DNA of 64,000 bases from Heptranchias perlo (GCF_035084215.1 NC_090340.1:3038001-3102000), one strand, 5' to 3'; numbered from the stretch's first letter, positions 49,573 through 63,600 are shown. Notes: generated by a model not told the origin, from the letters alone. Numbers and translations are program-made.

Positions 49573-52500
49573 GTGACTTTATAATCTCTTTGGCTCTTTA
49601 ATTGCGTGGTGATTCTATGAGTTTCTCGCCGGAGGACAACACACCTCCAAACTCCCCCGCCCCCGGCCCCAAGCGAATGTCAGGCCCAATCGCTTTTAAT
49701 TTCTGCGGCGGTTTCGGCAGTTTGTCCGAGGTTTTCGGGACCGTCCACCGAGGTTAAAGCGGGAGAACGCAACAATTCTTCAACTATATAATCAACTTTT
49801 TGCTGCATGATGCGTTTACTAACCAACCGACCAGGCCATCCAGGAACCTGGGACTTTTGTTTAAATTCTTCAGCACTCCGATATCGTTCTATAAGGGTGG
49901 TAATAGAAAGATCTGTTTATATTATTTTCATTATTGTGCGAAATGAGGGCGAAGTTTCGGTTCTCTAGAGACATTTCCTTAAACTTAAGTTAACAATGCC
50001 CCACAATTGCAGAATTTAAATCAAAATGATTTGTAGAGAGTGTATATTAACACCACCGCCGCCCCCCACCCCACACCCCGCACCACCCGAATCACCTTTT
50101 CTTGGCGTATAGCTGGGTGATCCGCACTAAAGGTTTTTCATTTTCATTATTGCTGTGCGCAGTCCCAAATTTTCCAGTTCATAGACGTTTATTTCCCGTT
50201 ATCAATATAATTATAAAGCTCGCAGGAATACACTGTCAGAAGCCTTAAATGTTTGATCGTCACTGATACAAAAAGAAACAATACAAATGAAACACTTCAG
50301 ACAATGACAGGTTATGACCAACAGTCATTTAACTATCCAGTGAATTCAGCCCTTTGTAACTGTATCATTATTAACAAATTTGGCCATGAATTTCTGAGGG
50401 ACTTTCCTAGTCAGCTGCGCTAATCGCTGGGAGATCAGTGGAACCGTTGTGGAAAAGTTCATGAACAGGGCTGACAAGCGTGAATATCGCCCACTCGGTC
50501 GCTTTAACTTCACGGGAAGCACTATGGAAACACGGGTAGTCTGGAGTTTTGGCGGCTCTCCCGCTGAAGTTATGGCGGTCGAGCGGGATATCCTGTACAG
50601 AATTTTACCCAAACTGTTTTGGCTAAAAACTTCATCCGGTCTGGTAAGCAAATAACTTTCAGAGGAATCACTCCTATTCCTTTTTGAAATTTTTTCACCT
50701 GAAAATTTTTGATCTGCAAATTTTTGTGCAGCAACTGAAGTATCTTTTTCGCAAAATAAGACAATATACACGATTGAAAATTTAATGACAATATATTTAC
50801 AATAGCATGATTAAACGTTTCCATCGAATTCCCCCTTTAATCTTCCAGTTCCTTCTTTAAGGTATTAATTCAATGCTTCAACCTCTCCCAAATGTGCAGG
50901 TTTGCGCTTGATAGTTTTGTCCAGTGCTGTCACACTGTTAGCTGAGCTTAGGTTATACGTCTGAGAATGTGCAGTGTATTTGTACTTGTCGTCAGCTGTC
51001 GATTCATCCATACAAAGGACAGATGTTAGGTTATTTATTATAAAAATGCTTCTAACTAGTGTTTAAGAAAAAGCAGGTCTGTTTTCTGTATGTGCCTGTG
51101 TGAGAGAGAGAGAGAAGAATACTAACAATTGCATTATGACTAGGCACCTGTGTTACGTTTTGTTTTCTGATCAATAAACGTCAGAAAGTTTGTTAAGCTG
51201 AGGAATAGAGAATGATAATGAAAGACACATATCAGAGATTGATAGAGGATATTCTTACGACACAGACAGAGATAGGGGAGGGAGAGAACTTTGAGATATT
51301 TCTTCAGCTTAATATTAATTTAGTTTTCGAACAAATGTAAATTGAACGTTGTTTCACCTAATTGCCTCCTCTGTCTCCTATGTTTTCTTGACAGTTACAA
51401 AGAGTTAATTCTAATTTCTTACTGCTACGAGACAGAAATTATACTTGCTCACATATGCCAATCAAAGACCAAGGGGGTAATTTTAACTTTTATCGCTTTC
51501 ATCCGTTTTGCACCCAGACACAAAATTTAAAATTCGACCAGAGAGACAGGCAGAGAGTGATGCAGACAAACGGTGATTTTCCTCTTTCGAATTTGATTTC
51601 TTTGAAAAAAGTAAGTTATATTTTCAAACCAAAAGCAGCCAATTCAAAGGAAATGAATAGAAAGGGATGGTGCTAATAACAGTCATGAAATTGCGTAAGC
51701 ATAAGGGTGCCTTAGATCTCTCAGCGGGGCAATAGGACTAATTGGATCGCCCTTTAAAAGAGCCGGCAGAGACACTAAAGGCCGAATGGCCTCATTCTGT
51801 GCCGTAAGATTCTACGATTCTATGATTTATCACACACACTGGAGGAGTGTGCAAAAGGGTAGGAGTGGCGAAGAGCATGGGGGAGGTTATAGGTAAGGTT
51901 AGTTGCACAGGAGCAACAGAATTTTTGGTGTGAATTTATATTTCAATGAAGAAGACCTGGAACAGTGATTGGAGTGAGGAGTGATATGAAGAAAAGGAAG
52001 CAGTGGAAGGGTGAATAGGTGGAAATTGCTACAGCAGCTAGGGGCTTGGGTGAAGCATGAATAATTGCGGAGAAGATGGGAAATCAGTCAATTAGGGCAA
52101 GAGTTTCTTTGCAATCTCAGCTAAAATACTGCGTGCAGCCATTAGTTCCTCATTTCTCTTTCACAACACAATGTGCCCCTCGCCACCTCCGTCTTCCATG
52201 GATCGCGCAATAATGCAGAGAAGGAAGCAAAAGAAGATGGAGAGAGAAGCAAAGAGAACTTAGTGACAGAGAGCAAAAGAGGAAAGAGAAGGATTCAGAA
52301 CTGGAAGAGCGGAGAAATAGAGAGAAACAGTAATGACAATAGAACTGACACGGATGAGGAAGGCAACATGACCTTCAATTTACATGGGTTATCAGTGATT
52401 TGGCGTCAGAATTCGGATGCGTGACCTGCGAAAATTCCGCGAAACTAAAGCGCGTGAACATGCTGTCACTAGAATTATCGCTTGGAAGTCACCGGCTGGA

Positions 52501-53180
52501 CATCAGCGAAACCAGTGAAGAAACAGCTTAATAGTCTAAAAACAATCTTTCTTATAGCGTGAGGGAGGAGATCAATGGAACTAACGTAAATTCTTCCCTA
52601 ATTGTAGATGTTAAGCAGACAAGTCGTATTGACGGCTGATGTAAAATAGGACAATGTCAAAACACGGCAGTAGAGAAAGCTGGAAGATTAGCCTATGAAG
52701 GTATTGCGAGGAAATTGAAGACGTTTACGGTTTTACAAGCAAAAAACACGACGAGGTCAGGTCCAACATCAGTATTTGTAAATTTAGGCTTTATCGACTC
52801 CGTGTCACGAAGTATCCACGGAGCTCGTCTCGCTCAAGTGCATGAACATGTCTCATGCTCATTCCTAGCGACATTTAAAATATTTCTTTCTCGAATGTAT
52901 TTATAGTATTGCTCGAAAAAACGGACAGAGAAAATCTTCACCAAAGCATTGACGATATCACGACACATGGCAATCAATGGAATCCTTGTTCCAGTCGGTT
53001 TTATAACTTCAAATGATTTTCTGTGGTTCTATTCTGTGGTTCTATTACAAAATATAAAGATAATACAATAACTATCTAGTGGATAATGTTTGATTACATG
53101 GCATCATCAGAAATATCATCAGATTGATATGGTTTCTGGTTGTGAGCAGTGTATCATTGATTACTTTATACCTGTTACAG

Positions 53181-53296
53181 GTCACCATTCTGTTCTACCC
53201 GCCCACCTGATTTATCGATCCACAGTGGGGTTATTGGTCATTATTCTACTACTGATTATCATCCTCAACCATGTTACATCAGATAACTTTCTAAAG
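53181..53296 (+). CDS. Ig-superfamily gene B: transmembrane exon
   Basis: cctgttacag|G HHSVLPAHLIYRSTVGLLVIILLLIIILNHVTSDNFLK|GTAAGA. The phase-1 acceptor matches the C1 donor; the hydrophobic run has an Arg near its N-terminal end. Confidence 0.8.
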
Positions 53297-53494
53297 GTAA
53301 GAGAGTTTTCAAAATGTTAATCTTAAATAGTATTATTTAATTTCTAACATGGAAGGAATATGTGACATTTGGTTATCAATTTTAGAGATTTCCACTCAAT
53401 AAATACAAAATAATGAAATGCCTGAAGCCGTGATAAACAAACAGGAAGTCCTATCAGCGCCGCTGTTTAATGCGGGTGTTAGAAGATAAGGTAA

Positions 53495-55895
53495 AATAAG
53501 AAATAGGAGCAGGAGTAGGCCATACCAGCCCTCGAGCCTGCTCCGCCATTCACGAAGATTATGGTTGATCTTCCATCTTCGCTCCACTTTCCCGCCTGAT
53601 CCCCACCTCCCTTGATTCTTCTGGAATCCAAAAATCTATCGACCTTAGTCTTAACTATACCCAGCGATTGAGCATCCACAGCACTCTGGGGTAGATAATT
53701 CCAAAGATTCACAACTCTCTGGGTGAAGAAATGTCTCCTCATCTAAGTCCTAAATGCCCAACTCCTTATCCTGAGACTATGTAGCCTGGATCTAGACGGT
53801 CAAGCCAGGGGGAAAAGCCTCTCAGCATCTACCCTGTTAAGCCCACTCAGAATCCTATATGTTTCAATGAGATCGTCTCTCATTCTTCAAAACTCCAGAG
53901 AGACCAATTGTGCTCAATCTCTCCTCATAGGAAAACTCTCTCATCCCAGGAATTATTCTAGTTAACCTTCATTGCATCGCCACTAGGGCAAGTATATCCT
54001 TCCTTATGTTAGGGGACCACAACCGTACACATTATTCCAGGCCTGGTCTCACCAAAGGCCTGTACAATTGCAGCAAGAATCCCTTACACTTATACTCCAA
54101 CCCCCTTGCAATAAAGGTCAGCATACCATTTACCTTCCTAATTAGTGCTGTACCTGCATGTTAACTTTCTGCTTTTCATGTACAAGGATGCCCAAATCCC
54201 TCTGAACACCAACATTTAATAGTTTCTCACCGTTGAAAAAAAAAACAGTTTTCCTTTCCTTCCTACCAAAGTGAATAACTTCACATTTCCCCACATTATA
54301 CTCCATCTACCACCATCTTGCCCATTCACTTAACCTGTCTATATCTCTTTGCAGACTCTTTGTGTTCTCCTCACAGCTTATCTTCCCACTTAGCTCTGCA
54401 TTGTCAGCAAAATTGAATATATTACTCTCGGTCCCTTCACGCACGTCATTAAAATAGGTTGTAAATCGTTGAGGCCCAAGCCATGATCCTTGCAGCACCC
54501 CACTAGTTACAGACTCCCAACCTGAAAATGAACTGTTTATTCCTAGTCTCTGTTTTCTGTCCGTTAACCAATCCACTATTCATGCTGATATATTGGCCCA
54601 ACCCCATGGGCCCTTATCTTGTGCAAAAACCTTTGGTGTGACATCTTATCGAATGCCTTTTGAAAATCCAAGTACACTACATTCACTGGTACCTCTTTAT
54701 CTACCCTGTGAGTTACATCGTCAACAAAACTCGAATAGATTTGTCAAACACGATTTCCTTTTTATAACACCATGTTGACTGTACTTAAACATATTATGAT
54801 TTTTTAAGGGCCCCGTTACCACCCCCTTAATTTTTGATTACAGCATTTTCCCGACGACTGATGTCAGGGAAACTAGCCTGCATTTCCATGCTTTCTCTCT
54901 CCCTCCTTTCTTGAATGGCGGTAATAAATTTGCTACTTTCCAATCCATTAGCACCGTTCTAGAATGTAGGGAATTTTGGATGATCACAACCAATGCATCC
55001 ACGACCTCTGCAGACACCTCTTTTAGAACCCCAGGATATAAGCCATCCGGTCCATGGGATTTGTCGGCTTTTAGTCCCATTAATTTCTCCAGTACTTCTT
55101 CTTTACCAATATTAATTACCTTAAGTTTCTCACTCTCATCAGAACATTGCTTCCCCACTATTTCTGGTATGTTTTTGTGTCTTCTACTGTGAAGACAGAT
55201 GCAAAATATTTGTTTAACATTACTATCATTTCCTTATTCCCCATTATAATTTCTTCTGTCTCTGCCTCTAAGGTATGTATTTTACTTTCGCAGCTCTCTT
55301 CCTTTGTATATACTTGAAGACGCTGTTACAACCTGACTTTACATTTCTTACTAGTTTTCTCTCATTTTATATTATCTCGTTCTTTATTAATTATTTTGGT
55401 CATCCTTTGCTGGTTTCTAAACCTCTCCCAATCCTCAGGCTTTCTATTATTCTTCTTAATATTATAAGCATTTTCTTTTAATCTATTTATATCCTTATCA
55501 TATTTTAGCCATGGATGGATCACTTTTCCGGTTCATTTTTTATTTCTCAATGGAATGAATAATCGTTGATAATTATGAAATGTTTAGTTATATGTTCGCC
55601 ATTGTTTATCTACCATCATATATTTTAATCTAATTTCCCAATCAACCTTAGCCAACTCGCCCCTCATACCTATGTGATTGGCTTTGTTTAAGTTTAAGAT
55701 TCTAGTTTCGGACTTAATAAGTCACTCTCGAACTCAATGTGAAATTATATCATATTATGATCCCTCTTCTCCAGAGGATCTCTTACTATTTAATTACTTA
55801 TTAACCCTGCCTCATGACACAAGACATGATGTGAAATTATCTGCTTCCTGGTTGGTTCCACGACGTATTGTTGCACGAAACTGTCTCGAATGAAT
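53495..55895 (-). mobile_element. CR1 LINE, degraded, 5'-truncated
   Basis: 3' hairpin at 53500-53560; RT fragments 53479-53742, 54307-54576 and 54838-55158. Confidence 0.9.
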
Positions 55896-56559
55896 TCTAT
55901 GTACTATGGTTAAAACAGGCCTTCAAATTCTCATCATTATCATGGCCTCAAATGAATTCATCAAAGGGACAAGCTTTGTAATCGTTGTGAGAAATCCGTT
56001 ATATAATTTAAATTTGTCCTCTAAATTTCAGCCTCTAACTTAATTTAGTTTTCAGTAATTCTACACAAAACCCATCTATGTGTAATTCACCTTTGGGTGC
56101 ACATTGGTCCTGACATCCTGCAAAGCTGCCACCAGTGTCCCGGTGGTAGGTTCGGGGGAGTTAGGGTGGGGAGTGGGTTGCATATGCCAGAAAAATAATT
56201 GGATAAATGCCTGAAAAGATAACTGGCACCGATGGTCTGGGATTTAGGCTGATATCCGGAGGTAAGGACGGTGATGTTTCAATTCTGATTGTGAAACGCT
56301 TCAAGACCTGAAAACTCTGCAAGTGCCTGGTGTCCAGGTTGAATCTCAATAGGACACCAAGCGAAACCATAGTTGAAACGATGTGAATGATGGGAAGTTA
56401 GAGTGGGAGAGCAAAAGAACCTCAGCGGAATTTGACGATAATAATGGAAAAGCATAATTCATTGAGTTTACAAAATGTATTTTCTATTAATGGTTGAATT
56501 TAGTCCTCAAACAGTACTTGAGCTTGTGACAATGTGTTGGTGTTGATATGAAGCTCAAC

Positions 56560-59278
56560 GCAAGCTCGAAGAACAGCAACTGATTTTTGTACGAACACAT
56601 GAAGCACTATCAGGACCTGCTCTCCTCTGCCAGAACTGCTCAAAACACCAGGCTCATCCTGGAATGCAAAGATGACTCCCGGCATCTCTGTTCCACTACC
56701 AACTGTCTTCATAAGCCCATCTCCCCCGCACCCTCCTCCCTCACCTCCAACACGTGCGAGGAGCTTATTGACTTTTATGTCACTAAGATTATGAACATCC
56801 GTTCAATTGACTGTGCTGCTTCCCCCCATTCCCCCCGGCAACCCAGCAAAACTTCACCCAACGATTCTCCCTGCCCTAGCCCTGAACACGCATCATTCTT
56901 TAGTTTTTCTCCTGTCTCCCTTCATGACATCTCCGACCTCATCTTGCCCACGAGACCCAACTCCTGCTCCTGCAACCCCATTCCCACCAAACTACTGACC
57001 ACCCAACTTTCTTTCCTGACCCCCATGCCATCTGATATTTCTAACTGTTCATCGCCTCAGTTTCTGTACCCCACCCTTTAAAATCTTCCGTCATTAATAC
57101 CTCATCCAAAAACCTACCCTTGATCCACACTGATGCTGCAAACTATTGACTCATCTCCAAACTCCCTTTTCTCTCCAACGTCCTTGAACGTGTTGCACCT
57201 CCCAAATCCATGCCCATTTTTCCCCGGACTCCATGCTTGATTCTCTCCAATCGGGTTTCCACCCCGGCCACAGCGCTGAAATGGCCAGTATATAATTCAC
57301 AGGTTACATCCTATGTAACTGTGACTGTGATTCACTCTCCATCCTCGTTCTTCTCGATCTATCTGGAGCCTTTATCATGATTGAGCCCATCATCCATCTC
57401 CAATATCTTCCCTCCGTTGTCCACCTCACCCTGATTCATTCTTATCTGTCCAGTCACAGCCAGAGATTCTCCTATAATGGCTTCTCTTGCTACTCCCACA
57501 CCGTTGCATCTGGAGACGACCACGGATATTTACTTGCCCCCCTCCGAGTTCTCACCGACTTGATGGCACGTGGTGATATCATCCGAAACTACAATGCCAC
57601 ATTCCATAAGTACTCTGATGACACCCAGCTCTACTTCATCACCGCCTCTCTCGACATCTTCACTTTAGCTGATTTCCCATGCTGCTTGTCCGTCACCCAG
57701 CATTGGATGTGCAGTAATTTCCTCAAATTAAGTATTAGGAAGAGAGAAGCCATTTGTGGGAGATGGTTGGGGTGCGGGGTGGTTGTTGTGAGGGAGGTGG
57801 GGGTGATGGTAAAATATCAGGATGGAGCAACCCGACCCCAACCCACTCTATTCCCACCCCTTTAAAGTTTATGATACAGAATTTATGCCATTGACAAGGC
57901 TCTGGCAAAAGGCGGCCAGGGTCATAATTAATATTCCAAAGTCACGGCTGGCTGACATCATAGGCTCCACGACTTAAATTTAACTGGAAATGCGAGGGAG
58001 GCCCGAGCTGTCGGCTGCGTGCTGCTAATCCGAGGTGCGGGCTGCACGGTCACGGGGGTAAGTTCTTTCCGCTCACCCACCCACTGGTCCCGAAATCCAG
58101 CCTCCCGCCGGCCACGATTTCCATCCTCTCACTGGCCCCCATTTCGAGCCTCCACTGGCCCTGATCTCTTCCCTCCCACGGCCTCGAACTCCAACCTCCA
58201 CCTGGCCGCGACCTCCAGCCTCTCGCTTTCCCAATCGAGGCCCGGAACTTCGGCTCGCATCCAGGTTCTGTGGAAAACCCACACGGATCGATGGCTGCGG
58301 CATCCCGCAAACAAACTTGATTCCCGCTTGCTGGACAGGCTGTCAACTTGGCACGCTCAACAACATGCTAATGAGGCACTGCTATTAAGGTCGGCAGGGC
58401 ATCCACGTCACCGGCCTTGCTGGGTTCTCACCCCAAAGGGGGTCCACGCCCTCCGCCCCCGCCCCTCCCCCCACCGCAAAAGCATCCCCAGATTCGCATT
58501 AATATTGGTCCTGCTACAAACGCCGTTCCCGAGTCACCGACTCTCGGGCCACACTTTGGGGTTTAACCAAACTATTTGTATCCTCGTTGTCCTATTTGAC
58601 CCTAATTGGAGTTTCCGACCTCATATCCTCTCCATCACCAACACTGTCTACTTCCTAATCAGTAATATTGCAGCTCTCTGCTGCTGCCTCAGCCCTTCTG
58701 CTGTTGAGCCCCTTATCCATGCTTTTGTTACTTCTAGTTTGGACTATTCCAATGCTCTCCTGGATGGTCTGAAACCTTCCACCTCTTCAGCTCATACGAA
58801 ACTCCGCTCCCCGTATACTAACCCGTTCACCAATCACACCTGGACATTCTGAACTTTCTTGACCCCCATCTTGCAATGCCTCCAATTTAAAGTCCGCATC
58901 CTTGTGTTCAAATCGCTCCATTGCCTCGCTCCTCCCAATCTCTGTAACCTTCCCCAGCACTATAAACCTCCGCGATTTCTGTGCTTCTCCAATTCTTGCC
59001 TCTTGCGCAACCCCGATTTTCCTCACCTCAACATTTGCGGCTTGCCTTTAGCTGTGCAAGTCCTAATTTCTGCAATTCCCTCCCGAAACCTGTCCATCTC
59101 TTTATCTGCCTCTCCTTCTTCAAAGCGCTACTTAAAATCTATCCCTTGATCCCACCTTTTAGTCACCTGCCCGAATATCTATGGCTCGGTTTATTTTTTT
59201 TTCTGTAAACGCTCCTGTGAAGCGCCTGGGGACGATTAACTAAGTTAATGGCGCTGTCTAAAGCAGGTTATTGTTGTT
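56560..59278 (+). mobile_element. L2 LINE, degraded, with a GC-rich insertion at ~57750-58510
   Basis: SCSCNPIPTKLL, FHKYSDDTQLY, LIHAFVTSSLDYSNALL (L2 hallmark) and QFKVRILVFKSLH; L2 tail GTGAAGCGCCTGGG...GGCGCT...GTTATTGTTG. Confidence 0.85.
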
Positions 59279-59499
59279 TGGCATTTTGCAGGCCGCTGGC
59301 TTGAATGCTGACTTTAGCCAACTTCAAATCTGAACCACAGCGCCCATTTTCTCCCCCAAATCAGATGTTGGTTAAGTAGAATGGGATGACTGGAAATGGG
59401 GAAAGTGTGGGCTGGTGCTTGGATGGGGATCCCCTTACGCTACACGATCGTTGGCATCTACCAGCCTTTTTATGCTACATTCTTGGGCCACTGGAGCCT

Positions 59500-59880
59500 T
59501 TCCGCTTAGCCAGATTTTACGTACTTCCATCCCCTCTGTTATTCTGCTGAAACCATTCATACATCCTCCAGACACAAGTCTTCTTTCTCTAAACGAACTC
59601 ATCTTGTTTTGCCTTGCACCATCATCACCTCTGTCATTGAATCAACTCTTGCCATCCACTCAATAACAGACCTCTCTTTTTTTTATTTTACATGTTCTTT
59701 TTTCCTCAGCTATGTAGCTGCCTGAAAGAATTCATACTCAGACATCTTTCAGTACTGAAGACAAGTCATTGACCCGAAACCGTTAACGCTATGTTTTTCC
59801 CTCCACGTATGCTCCCTGACCTGAAAAGGTTTTCTCGCATTTTCTGTTTTCATTTCAGATTTTCAGACTTTTCACTATTT
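59500..59880 (+). mobile_element. Penelope-like element terminal remnant
   Basis: TGAAGA...GACCCGAAAC...CTCCAC.TATGCT.CCTGACCTG...GCATTTTCTGTTTT.ATTTCAGATTT. Recognised from memory as a common fish/shark Penelope-type end. Confidence 0.55.
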
Positions 59881-60569
59881 TGATTCTAGTTTGATACAGT
59901 TGCCATGACTGATGAAGTATCCCATATCGTGGCTCTGACATTCAGTCGCCCCGAATTCCTGCGGGGTTGTCTCAATCACCCAGCGAAAACCAAGTCAAAA
60001 CGGCTCAGATGGCTGTTTTCAACCGTTAAACTGTTTCTCCTGGATTCTACTCTCTCCAATCGAAATGGAGGCTGTAGATCAGGGGAACGCCCTGCGGAAT
60101 TTCTCGACAAATCTATCCTCAAATTTCGAATGAGTTGTATACGGCTCTTCTTGTATAAGAGCCCGTGGTGGAATAGCCCGAATAGCCTGGGAGATTTTGA
60201 ACACCGAGATCCAGAAAATTATGGTTAATCATAATAAAACTTTTGAAAAGCTTGGAACTGGGTAAATAAGCAATGAAAAATATTGATCAAATGATCTTTT
60301 GATGCAAAGACACCGATAACGCGAGAGTAATTTGGGAAAACTTTGTTCCCCATTTCCAATCCACCAATATAGGTAGTAATGAAGGGCGGATATTTCCCCA
60401 ATATGCAAGGAATTAAAAGATAATGAATGGCACTACAATCAGACGAACATAATTATTTTGAAACACAATAATAGACTTGCTAGTAGAACCGAATCGACCC
60501 CGGTATGGACTTGTACATTAAAGCGAATGTTTACAATATGTGACTAACAGAAGGGTTGTTTATTTCCAG

Positions 60570-60614
60570 GCTATTTTATGCGGAAACAGTGATGGACAAT
60601 ACTCCAGGAGTTAA
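60570..60614 (+). CDS. Candidate short cytoplasmic exon of gene B
   Basis: Branch-point-like TGACTAAC at 60541 and acceptor tttatttccag| at 60569. Read in phase 0 (matching the TM donor) it gives AILCGNSDGQYSRS*. Signal-based only. Confidence 0.3.
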   Translation, partial: AILCGNSDGQYSRS

Positions 60615-60667
60615 GAAGAAATGGCAATTTCTCAGTTGTGAAGAGAGCCACAGTATAAATCGCGACT

Positions 60668-63600
60668 AAGAACATAAGAACATAAGAAATCGAAGCAGGA
60701 GTGGGCCAAACGGCCCCACTAGCCTGCTGCGCCATTCAATCAGATCGTGGCTGATCTTCGACTCAACTCCACTTTCCCGCCCTACCCCATATCTCTTGAT
60801 TCCACTAGAGCCCTAAAATCTATCTATCTCAGCCATGAATACATTCAATGACTGCACGATTCACAACCATCTGCGTGAAGAAATTCGTTCTCATCTCAGT
60901 CTTCAATGACCGACCCCTTATACTGAGATTTTGCCCCCTAGTTCTAGACTCTCTAGCAAGGGGAAACAATCAAACAGCATTTACCGTCTCAAGCCCTCTC
61001 AGAATCTTATATGTTTCAATGAGATCGCCTCTCATTCTTCTAAACTCCAGATAGTACAGGCCGATTCGACTCAATTTCTCCTAATAGGACAACCATTTCA
61101 TCCCAGGAATTAATTCAGTGAACCTTAGTAGCAGGGCAGCCTTCAGGAAGAGTTTATTGAGTGTATTAGGGATGGATTTCTTGAGCAGTATGTAACTGAT
61201 CCTACAAGGGGGTAAGCAACCTTGGACCTGGTCCCGTGTAATGAGCCAGGATTAACTAATAATGTCCTAGTTAAGGATCCCCTTGGAATGAGTGACCATA
61301 ACATGGTTACATTCCATATCCAATTAGAGGGTGAGATGGCTGGTTCTCAAACAAGCGTACTGAGCTTGGATAAAGGAGACTATGATGGTATGAGAGTGGA
61401 ATTGATCAAAGTGGACTGGGAAAATAGATTAAAGGGTAAGACGGTACATGAGCAGTGGTGTTCATTCAAGGAATTATTTTATAACTTTCAAAAAATATAT
61501 ATTCCACTGAGGATTAAAGGGTGTAAAAGAAATGACAGCCATCCGTGGCTAAGTAAAGAAATTAAGGACAGTGTCGGACTAAAAACAAGGACATTTAAGG
61601 TAGCCAAACTTAGTGGGAGGATAGAAGATTGGGAAGTCTTCAAAAGACAGCAAAAAGTAACTAAAGGATTGATTAAGAAAGGGAAGATAGATTATGAAAA
61701 TAAATTAGCAAAAAATATAAAAACACATAGCAAGAGTTTCTACAGTTATATAAAAAGAAAAAGGGTGGCTAAGGCAAACGTAGGTCCCTTAGAGGATGAG
61801 ACCGGGAAATTAATGGTGGGAAACATGGAAATGGCAAAAATGCTGAACAAATATTTTGTTTCAGTCTTTACGGTAGAGGACACTAAGAATATCCCAACAC
61901 AGGACAAACAGGGGGCTCTAGTGGGGGAGGAGCTAAATACGATTAAAATCACGAAGGAATTGGTACTCAGTAAAATATTGGGACTCAAGGAGGATCAATC
62001 CCCTAGACCTGATGGCTTACATCCGAGGGTCTTGAGGGAAGTGGCAGTAGGGATTGTGGATGCTTTGGTAATAATTTTCCAGAATTCTCTGGACTCGGCA
62101 AAGGTCCCGGCAGATTGGAAAACTGCTAATGTAACACCCTTATTTAAAAAGGGTAGTATGCATAAGGCTGGAAATTATAGACCAGTTAGCCTAACATCTG
62201 TGGTGGGTAAAATTTTGGAATCTATTATTAAGGAGACAGCAGCGGAACATTTGGATAAACATAATTTAATAGGACAAAGTCAGCATTGCTTTACGAAGGG
62301 GAAGTCATGTCTGACAAATTTGCTTGAGTTCTTTGAGGACATAACGTACAGGGTGGATAAAGGGGAACCCGTGGACGTAGTGTATTTAGACTTCCAGAAG
62401 GCATTCGACAAGGTGCCACATAAAAGATTATTGCTCAAGATAAAGAATCACTGGATTGGGGGTAATATACTGACATGGGTGGAGGATTGGTTATCGAACA
62501 GGAAGCAGAGAGTTGGGATAAATGATTCATTCTCGGACTGGCAACCATTGGCCAGTGGTGTTCCGCAGGGTCCCCAACTCTTTACAATCTATATTAATGA
62601 TTTGGAGGAGGGGACCGAGTGTAACGTATCAAAGTTTGCAGATGATATAAAGATGGGAGGGAAAGTGGAGAGTGAGGAGGACATAAAACATCGACAGGGG
62701 GATAGAGACAGGCTGGATGAGTGGGCGGAGATTTGGCAGATGCAATACAATATTGGAAAATGTGAGGTTATGCACTTTGGCAGGAAAAAATCAGAGAGCA
62801 AGTTATTATCTTAAAGGCGAGAAACTGGAAAGTACTGCAGTAAAAGGGATCTGGGGGTCCTAGCGCAAGAAGGTCAAAAAGTTAGTATGCAGGTGCAGCA
62901 GGTGATCAAGAAGGCCAACGGAATGTTGGCTTTTATTGCTCGGGGGATAGAATGTAAAAACAGGGAGGTATTGCTGCAGTTATATGAGGTATTGGTGAGA
63001 CGGCACCTGGAATACTGCATACAGTTTTGGTGTCCATACTTAAGAAAATACATACTTGCTCTCTCGGCAGTACAAAGAAGGTTCACTTGGTTAATCCCGG
63101 GGATGAGGGGGCGGACATATGAGGAGAGGTTGAGTAGATTGGGACTCTACTCATTGGAGTTCAGAAGAATGAGAGGCGATCTTATTGAAACATATAAGAT
63201 TGTGAAGGGGCTTGATCGGGTGGATGCGGTAAAGATGTTCCCAAGGATGGGTGAAACTAGAACTAGGGGGCATAATCTTAGAATAAGGGGCTGCTCTTTC
63301 AAAATTGAGATGAGGAGAAACTTCTTCACTCAGAGAGTAGTAGGTCTGTGGAATTTGCTGCCCCAGGAAGCTGTGGAAGCTACATCATTAAATAAATTTA
63401 AAACAGAAAACGACAGTTTCCTAGAAGTAAAGGGAATTAGGGGTTACGGGGAGCGGGCAGGAAATTGGACATGAATTTAGATTTGAGATTAGGATCAGAT
63501 CAGCCATGATCTTATTGAATGGCGGAGCAGGCTCGAGGGGCCGATTGGCCTACTCCTGCTTCTATTTCTTATGTTCTTATGTTCTTATATTCACTTCCAA

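Noticed and set aside
50340-50840. Degenerate palindromic/MITE-like GC-rich patches (also ~4070-4540, 33900-34380, 41350-41800, 59950-60400)
   Set aside because: Probably old DNA-transposon remnants, but termini and TSDs could not be defined by eye.
53221-53227. CACAGTG heptamers as V(D)J RSS (also at 4069 and 29586)
   Set aside because: No properly spaced nonamer and not adjacent to V/J segments; they lie inside the TM exon, a LINE or a repeat.
58019-58852. 277-aa ORF as a host gene
   Set aside because: Chimera of a GC-rich insertion and L2 ORF2 remnant (LIHAFVTSSLDYSN).
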